Source of the DNA: Raja brachyura | Lineage: Eukaryota | Direction of reading: 5' to 3' | DNA: 64,000 bases | NCBI GenBank assembly: GCA_963514005.1 | Contig: CAUPSL010000303.1 | Span: 124,001 to 188,000, forward strand | Shown here: piece after piece, positions 55,845 through 64,000 of the stretch | Layout of the letters: every line of letters begins with the position of its first letter | Numbering within the stretch: position 1 is the stretch's first letter | Notes under the pieces: generated by a model | What the model saw: only the letters and a program-made list of their open reading frames with translations | Told to the model about the DNA's origin: nothing | The model's database searches: none | Position numbers and translations under genes: made by a program

Positions 55845-56440
55845 CAAACAGCCATTTGCAGTGCATTTTCACTTCAACCCACCCCTCCCCCCCGAAATAG
55901 CCATTTGCAGTGTATTTTCACTTCAACCCCCCCCCCCCAAACAGCCATTTGCACTGCATTTCTACTTCAACCCAAATCCCCCAAACATCCATTTCCAGTG
56001 CATTTCTACTTCAACCCAACCCCCCCCCTCAAACAGCCATTTGCAGTGCATTTCAACTTCAACCCAAACCCCCTCCCCCCCCAAACATCCATTTCTAGTG
56101 CATTTCTACTTCAACCCAACCCCCCCCCCCTCAAACAGCCATTTGCAGTGCATTTCTACTTCAACCCAAACCCCGCAAACAGCCATTTGCAGTGCATTTT
56201 CACCTCAACCCAAATCCCGTAAACAGCCATTTGCAGTGCATTTCTACTTCAACGGAAACCTCCCCCAAACAGCCATTTGGAGTGCATTTCTACTTCAACC
56301 CAACCCCCCTCCCCCAAACAGCCATTTGCAGTGCATTTCTACTTCAACCCAAACCCCTCCCAAACAACCATTTGCAGTGCATTTCTACTTGAACACAAAC
56401 CCCCCAAAAAGCCATTTGCAGTGCATTTCAACTTCAAACC
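55845..56440. repeat. ~45-bp minisatellite
   Basis: Unit AAACAGCCATTTGCAGTGCATTTCTACTTCAACCCAA(C)n, about 13 copies. Confidence 0.92.
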
Positions 56441-57999
56441 AACCACATTTTCATTTTCAAACCACATTGACGGCACTCACAATTGAGTAGACATGTGTTT
56501 AGTGTTATTCAGAGAGACGTGCCCCTCTCGCTTCCTCCATCTTACAGAGACTGAGTGAGGCACATCACTTTCGGGTTTTATAGTCCCTCCCCCTCCCATC
56601 AGCAGGGGCAGCAGAAAGCATGACAAAACATTTTAAAACATTAATATCTCTCTGATTTTTCATCGTTGGGAAAAGTCCTCCGGTCCAGGAAGGCGGAGGG
56701 TGGCTATGGGAGAGCCAAAAATGAGGGCGTTCTCTCGAAAATCACAGCACAGCGAGCCAAAAGCGGCCAGGACCAGACGTTTAGTAATATAGATTTAATT
56801 CAATAATTTAGATATAACATTTTTAGGGGATTGGACAGGCTAGATGCAGGTAAAATGATTCCAATGTTGGCGGAGTCCAGAACCAGGGGTCACAGTATAC
56901 GTATAAGGGGTAGGCCATTTAGGGCTGTGATGAAGTAAAGCGTTTTCATCCAGAGAGTTGTGAATCTGTGGAATTATCTGCCACAGTAGGCAATAAAGGC
57001 CATTTCACTGGATGTGTTCAAGAGAGAGTTCGAGATAACCATTAGGGCTAAAGGAATATGTGAATATGGGGAGGAAGCAGGAACAGAATATTGATTTTGG
57101 ATGATCAGCCATGATCATATTGAATGGCGGTGCTGGCTCGACGGGCCGAATGGCCTACTCAAGCACATATTTTCTATGTTTCTATCTAAGTAATTTGGAT
57201 CCATTTTGGGTGGATTTCAAATAAAATGAATTCCAAATGCAAAACTGCGCCAGAAAATGCTGAGTGTTCTGGACTTTGTCAAGCTGAAGGGCAACCACAC
57301 GGGCGCAAATTCTTGCTTCAGTTCATTCTAACGTGGATCTAAATATAAACGTCCTCACTGATGTTGAAATATTTTACTTGGGATGAATAATACCCCTGAT
57401 GAGTTGCAGCAGGTGGGACTCAAGTTAACCGATGTGTTGCAATGTCTATAGTTAATTGATGCAATCACGTGGTATACACGTGCACCAGAGGCGCCTTCGA
57501 TATATAAATAAGGCATTATTTTGGGGTCCAGGCATATTACCGGGCGGAACAGGATATCATTCCTCAAAAGATGGAGAGACCCGTAATTTTACAGTTTGAA
57601 AGAATTTACTACCCCATTCTTGGAACAATTGGGGTACCTGGAAAGCTATTTAAAACCAGGTAAAACTTGTTATTACGAGCAAGTTTAATGCACTTCTCTA
57701 TTGAATGGATGTATTGCTTTTGATGGCGTAAATGTCCAATTTCAAATTAATTCACATATGTTTTCCCGTTGTGTTCAATTGATCAAATTAAGCTGATTGT
57801 GTTCGGTGTCTCCATGGAAATAGACACGTCTGGTTTCTTATGTGGGAAATTAGTGTTATTGGTTTGTTTGTCGGCAAGACAACCACTCCTAAGATACACC
57901 TGCCGGGACTCGGGCACAGAGAAGGGGTTTGGCCTCACACAAAATGCTGCAGTAACTCAGCGAGCCAGGCAGCATCTCTGGAGAGATCGAATGGGTGAC

Positions 58000-58625
58000 A
58001 TAGAAACATAGAAACATGGACAAATTGAAAATAGATGCAGAAGGAGACCATTTGGTCCTTTGAGCCTGCATCAACATTCATTGTGATTATGGCTGATCAT
58101 CCACAATCCGTAACCCGTGCCTCCCTTCTCCCCATATCCCTTTATTCCAAGAGCTCTATTTACATTTTAAATTAATCTAGTGAATTGGTCTCCACTTCCT
58201 TCTGTGGCAGATAATTCCTCAAAATCACAACTCTCAGGGTTACCTTTTTTCTCATCGTAGTTTTAAATAGCCTCCCCTTTATTTGTAGACTGTGGCCCCT
58301 GGTTCTGGACGCCCCCGAAATTCGGAACATTTTCCCTGCATCTCGCCTGTCCAGTCCTTTTATAATTGTATACGTTTCCATAAGATACCCTCTCATTCTT
58401 CTAAACCCCAGTGAATACTAGCTCGCTCTTTCCAATCATTCCTCACATGACAGTCCCGCCATGCCGGCGATTAAACTCGTGAATCTACGCTGCACTGCCT
58501 CGATAGCAAGGATGTCCTTCCTCAAATTAGGAGACCAAAACTGCACACAATACTCCAGTTGTGGTCTCGCCAGGGGCCTGTACAACTGCAGAAGGACCTC
58601 ATTACTTATGTACTCAAATAATTTC
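58000..58625 (-). mobile_element. CR1 LINE 3' fragment inserted into a Penelope-derived repeat
   Basis: ATAGAAACATAGAAACAT tail at 57999; minus strand reads LYRPLARPQLEYCVQFWSPNLRKD and MRGYLMETYTIIKGLDR. Confidence 0.88.
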
Positions 58626-60574
58626 GTTTTGAAAGCCGTTTCGGCTCGAAACCCTTCTTCAGACTGATACTTGTTGCAATAGAAATAATGGATCTTCTGT
58701 CACCTACGATACATTTATAATGCATCATGGGACTTTTATTAATCTGCATTTACCTAAATATCAAGAACTTGTCAAACTAGCAGCAGAGTTAACTGATTGC
58801 CCACTTTATATTCAGCAGTAACAAGGAATTGTCCCCGGTCCACCATGCTGCATATCAAGATCATACCCAGACTAGATGACCAATGCGAGATGGGTCCCAG
58901 CTATTAACATAATTGTAGCGCATGTCCTCCTCTTTTTCATCCAGTGGGATTTTGGCATTCAGTGAGAATAATATGCAAGAAGATCTCTAAATGAAATACT
59001 TTAAGACTGCAAAACTGCAAAGACTGCAACCCAATTTCTTCGTACCATCCAGCACAGTGCTGCGACGAGAATTCATTGTAGTTCAACTACAAGTGCTGCT
59101 GCAACCTATACCGCAAGTATAGGCTGAGCGTAATGGACGTTCTTTATCAGATGACAACATGTCTCTATCTGTGCCGAACAAACAGATACATATTTTGTGT
59201 AGGGGGCCGCAAGTTTACGATCCTTGTTTCAGGTCAGTGCAATCGCTGCCTCCACGAAGCTCGGTTGCAGAAATGAGACTTAGCCTTTTGAATTTGCGCT
59301 GGAGAAAGGCTTCATAACCAGTGAAATAATGGAGCAGCGAGGACATTGTGAAACCAATTATCGCTAGTGGAGCTTAGACTATAGAATATCGAAAAACTCA
59401 GAGCAGAAACAGGTCCTTTGGCCAAAAGTGTCAGTGCCGGTTCTATGTCAAGATAAACTGTTCTCCTCTGCCAGGGTTGTAGAATAATTCGTCCATCCAG
59501 TACGCGGTGCAGATTTGAAATGTACTAACCGAGGGAATGGTGGACGCAGGGACTCTCACATCTCTAGTATACAAGTGCGCACTTGAAACGCTGCAGAATA
59601 GTAAGCTGTTCTACAGCTGGAAAATGGGTTCTGTGGGTACTTGACGGCTCACACATACAGGACCTGCAGGCACAGACGAAGACTCTTGGTCCTAACTCGT
59701 TAATTCTGCTTCTGTGATCACATTTGCTGCCTGATCGGCAGTATTTTTCTTTTTGAATTAAATTTCCTGCACGCTTGTATTAGAGTTTTCATTAGATGAG
59801 GGGGCCATGCCAACATCGCTCAATCAATTAGTCTTTCATCAGTTAACCAGCACGGGCATGTTATTTGAGTGGAAGCATTTTTGAAGTTGCAGGGTCAGTG
59901 ACGGCCATTTTTTACTACTTGACAGAGGCAAAATTAAACATTTTTGTATATATACACATTTTTAGCTTGTCCACACTTCGATCTCATCAGCCGTCGCATA
60001 CAGCACCCAATCCTCGGACATTGTTGCCGCATTCAACGGAATCCCACTGCTGGCCACATCTTTCCATCTCTATCCCTGTCTGCTTTCCGCAGAGACCGTT
60101 CCCTCCCTGGTCAAATCGTCCCGTCCCACCCGATCCATCCCGTCCAAAAGTACTTTTTCCTGCAACCGTAGGAGATGAAACAGCTGTTCCCATACCTCCC
60201 CCCCCTCGACTGTCTCCGACTACATTTTATCTCTGTACCGCCCAGTAGCCTGACATCAATCTGATTAAACCTCTGGACCAGAAACGTCGCTTTTACTTTC
60301 TCTCCAGAGATGCTGCCGGTCCCGCAGTTACACCAGCATTTTGTGTCTATCTTCAAAATTCTATAAGCCTGAACCATTGGTATTAGTAATCTGATATGCT
60401 GAGAGGAAGAGTTCAGCATCTCCCCACCATCCAAATATACTAATTTCAGTAATGCTGTTGATCAATAATCATACTTTTAAAGCTGGATTTTAATTATCTG
60501 CCTGCTGGCTACCAAAATGTTCCGTCGGATAAGAACGGTACACAAGACGAATTCAAATGGATATAAACATGCAA

Positions 60575-60880
60575 GTGGCGCAAGTGGTAGTTCTGCTGCT
60601 TCATAGTGCGGGAGAACGGGCTCATCGTGGCCTCGGGTGCTGTGTGAGTGGAGTTTCCACGCTTCGCCTGTCATCGCACGGTTATCCTCTGTTGTGTCGG
60701 TTTCCTCCTCCATCCAAAGACATGCGGGTTTGTCAGTTAATCGGCTTCTCTAAAATTGCTTCAGCGAATAGGGAGTGGAAGTGAAACTGGGGTAATAGAG
60801 AACTGGTGTGAACGGGTATTGGATGGTCGGGTGAACTGGGAGAGCGGAAGTGCATGTTTCCATACTGCATATATAAACAA
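60575..60880 (+). mobile_element. Degenerate HE1-like V-SINE
   Basis: GTGGCGCAAGTGG...GGTTTCCTCCTCCATCCAAAGAC...GTTTCCATACTGCAT. Confidence 0.7.
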
Positions 60881-61344
60881 TAATTGTTAGAATTATTATC
60901 ATATTTAATTGTAACACTTTTAAATAACTAGAAAGGTACAAGAGTAAGGATGAAGGGCAAACAATTTTAACCGGCAGTACATTTATGCATTGTTACTGAT
61001 GTTGAATGTTGCGTGCAAGTCATATGTGTTATCCATCACCACCAGTACCGTGTCTGAGGTGACATTGTGTTCAAACATCTCAAACAAAATGCTGAAGTAA
61101 CTCAGCGGGCCAGTTGGTATCTCTGGAGAACACAGATAAGTGACGTCGTGTGTTGCAACCCTTACGTATGATAACAGCGGTGGACGAGATGGGGGAGGGG
61201 GGGGGGGGGGGGGGGGGGCACGTGGCTGGGATGGTGGGAGAACAGCTGGAAAAGGGGGGGGGGGCAGGGCAAAACATGGTCGGTAATAGGAGAACACGGG
61301 CAATATTCATTATTGATAAATGTCAGAGGTGAAAGGACATGGTG

Positions 61345-61632
61345 GTACGGTGGCACAGCGCTTGCTGCGCCGCAGACCCGGTTTCGATCCTGGCTGCAGG
61401 TACAGTATGTACGGAGTTTGTACGGTCTCCCCGTGTCCGCGTGTATTTTCTCCGAGATCTTCGGTTTCAGCACAAACTCAAAGATATGCAGGTGTGTAGG
61501 TTAATTGCCTTGATATAAGTGTTAATTTTCCCCAGTGTAGGATATTGTTGATGTGCAGGCATCGCTGGTCGGTGCGAACTCGGTGGGCCGAAGGGCCTGA
61601 TTCCTGGCTGTTTATTTAACCTAAACTAAAGT
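61345..61632 (+). mobile_element. HE1-like V-SINE
   Basis: GGTGGCACAGCG, B-box-like GTTTCGATCC, V-domain, tail GGGCCGAAGGGCCTG...CTAAACTAAA. Confidence 0.82.
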
Positions 61633-63102
61633 AAATACAACTAGACAGATCTAAGCCCATCAATAATAAACCTTTGCGCAATCGGAATGTTGGTTAATTT
61701 AGTAGTTAGTCCATTCGCGTAGAAGTGCTTTCTGCGGTGTTGGGTGATACAAGATGCTTTGAATATGATCTCCTGTTTGGTCCTGACATGTGTTTTGTAA
61801 TGAATAGGAGACGATAATCAGAGACGAGCTGATCGATCCTTTTCAGGAAGCTGGTGGTTAATTCCAGGAGCCTCCAGCGAATGTAATGAACTATATATTT
61901 CGAAGTAAATGAGAGGTGGAGATGGTTTGGAGATGATGAAAGGCGGAGATCGGTTGGAGAATCAGAACCTTTTTCTCTCTCAAACACGAGCGGGCAAGGA
62001 TTTAAGAGCGGGCAAGGATTTAAATGGTGAAAGTTGAAAAGATGTGCAAGGCATCTTATTTTATACAGAGTGTACTGGGATCCTGGGACACGCTGACAAG
62101 ATGAGGGTGGAAACATATGATGTTTATTATAGGTAAATGGGTATGCGGGGAATGAATCTCGACCAGGTAGAGGAGATTATCTGAACTTGGCCTCAATTTC
62201 GATACAGACATTGTGGGGCGAACGACCCGCTGGTGCACTGTACTATTTTTAATCAATATTATAAATATAAATAACTCTCCGGAGACAAAATTGCATAGTA
62301 TCTACTCGATGCGGATGTAGAGTCAATGGAAAGTAATAATAAGTAGGATGATACTTGGTTTGGCAAAATTGCCCTGAACCCGCAGCCGTTCAGCTTCCTG
62401 TCTGCATTTTTACGAATTATTTCTGACGACGTGAGTCGTGTCGAGCTCCAGACATCTCTGCGGCGTTAGTCGTTTAATGTGGAGTGTTGCATTGGCGTGA
62501 CAAAATCCCAAATAATGAATCATGAGTTCCTATCTAAGACAGTCACCAGAGCTTTAGGCAATTCCTTCCTGTCAAAGGTATGTATGAAAATAAATTATCT
62601 AGAATAGTTCCAACATTATTAAACAATCAAAGTAAGCGATTAAATAAACAAGGATAAATTAATGTATTGCTCTCAGTTATATCCAAATGATACATTATTT
62701 CAAATCTTTACAATGAAGAGAAAAGGCAACAACATTATTTACATTAAAGACACCTCCAACCAGGGTGGGCGGCTACCTTACAAATGAATGGAGCCGCGTT
62801 ATATGTATAAAAGCCAGTCATGTTTCGCATAAACTACAATTTAGCGAGATCAACTTCCCGCTTAGTACATGGTTCAGGGTTCTGCAACATGGACACGTCT
62901 GGTCTACAGCTGCATTCTGACTTCAGCACTGCAAAGACCAGTCACACTAGTCGGAATTGAGCGAACGGACACAATCGCAACCGATGTTCCAATAAAACTA
63001 TCAGATAACTATTGTGAACTAAATTCTAATCCAGATAATGAAACATCACTATTGGGGGTCATATATCAAATATCATTACTAATATACATTTGTTTTATGC
63101 AG

Positions 63103-64000
63103 CAAATTTGTTGGCAATCGTCATCTTGTTCCGAGGAATGTGCGGTCTCTCGAAATGCGTCACTCGTTACCTGCTGGGAATGGCTGTCGCTGACTTGATG
63201 GTTATTACATTTGTTGTAATTTTATATCAGATTATTAATGCATATTTTCCACATTCCTTCTTCAATCTCACAATTATTTGCAGATGTATTTTAACCATGA
63301 TTTTTATTTCCATGGACTGTTCAGTGTGGCTCACTGTGGCTTTTACTTTCGACCGATTTATTGCGATATGCCATCAAATGCTACGAACAAAATATTGTAC
63401 TGAAAAGAATGTGACTGTCGTGATAACGGTGGTGTTTTGTGCAAGCATTGTGGAAAACGTTCCGTACTATTTCATATACGAACCTCGGGAGGTAGCTAAT
63501 GGCGTTGAGTGGTCGTGCTATGTAAAATCAAGCTTCTACACATTACCCATATGGGCGGCATTTCTGTGGCTGGAAACGATTTTGAGCCCATTTGCACCAT
63601 ATGTGTTGATCTTGCTGTTTAATTCCCTGACTATCAGACACATTATACTGGCTAATCGAGTGAGGAGCGGACTACGTGGAAACAGCAGTACTGTGAAACA
63701 CACTGACCCAGAGATGGAGAACCGCAGAAAATCCATCGTTTTGTTGCTTGCCATATCTGGCAGCTTTATTATCTTGTGGATGGTTAATTTAATATGTTAC
63801 ATATGCGTGCAATTTACTGATACGCAATTTTTGGATGCAACTTACAATGACCCCTTCACTATTGCCGAGTTATCAGGGTACATGCTGAAGTCTTTGAGTT
63901 CATGCACGAACACCTTTATTTATGCTGTATCCCAGACAAAATTCAGAGAGGAACTGAAAAACGTGATCAAATGGCCCATGGTTCTTGTTGCCACAGCAAC
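63103..64000 (+). CDS. GPR139/GPR142-like class A GPCR, main coding exon (3' partial; first exon not located)
   Basis: Acceptor TTTGTTTTATGCAG, then an open frame to the window end: NLLAIVILFRGMCGLSKCVTRYLLGMAVADL...SVWLTVAFTFDRFIAIC...DPEMENRRKSIVLL...SSCTNTFIYAVSQTKFREEL. Missing from the ORF track because no stop falls in the window. Confidence 0.92.

Larger units (their letters stand above)
54879..56794. mobile_element. ~1.9 kb non-autonomous element (possibly Helitron/Helentron-like) with internal tandem repeats
   Basis: Interrupts the CR1; perfect hairpin GGGACCC-GTT-GGGTCCC at 54889-54905; ends ...TAGTAATATAGAT; no coding capacity. Family assignment is inference. Confidence 0.55.
54655..57186 (+). 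mobile_element. CR1 LINE 3' part (54655-54877 and 56811-57186), split by a nested insertion
   Basis: LYRMLVRPHLEYCAQLWSP...; the RT C-terminus resumes after the insert (GLDRLDAGKM); 3' tail GGGCCGAATGGCCTACTC...TTTCTATGTTTCTAT. Confidence 0.88.

Noticed and set aside
55831-56490. 219-aa repetitive ORF
   Set aside because: Translation of the 45-bp minisatellite inside a transposon-like insert.

Overview
Vertebrate genomic DNA, most likely a cartilaginous fish. A skate or ray is inferred from the HE1/V-SINE, CR1 and Penelope-type repeats and from an elasmobranch-type MHC class I cytoplasmic tail. 1-4600: a DIRS1-type tyrosine-recombinase retrotransposon. Its gag and RT/RNaseH/MT ORFs are open, its YR is disabled by one frameshift and one stop, and its ICR and 3' terminus are intact. 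~5650-10911 (minus strand): an MHC class I heavy-chain-like gene that splices in frame as leader + alpha3 (Ig-C1) + TM + two cytoplasmic exons + 3'UTR exon (167 aa), with no alpha1/alpha2 peptide-binding exons anywhere in the window. ~9280-50675: a ~41 kb array of a 14-bp minisatellite (GACCCCGACACACA). It holds 12 near-identical copies of a ~330-bp cassette, each a class I-type promoter (ISRE, S-X1-X2-Y-like module, CCAAT, GC boxes) plus an intact signal-peptide exon, all pointing at the single alpha3-TM-cytoplasmic module. This many-promoter, one-constant-region, groove-less class I locus is the main finding; an assembly artefact must be excluded. 50700-63000: nested repeats. 63103-64000: the main exon of a GPR139/GPR142-like class A GPCR, running off the window. 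Nearly all long ORFs between 9 and 51 kb are minisatellite translation artefacts.
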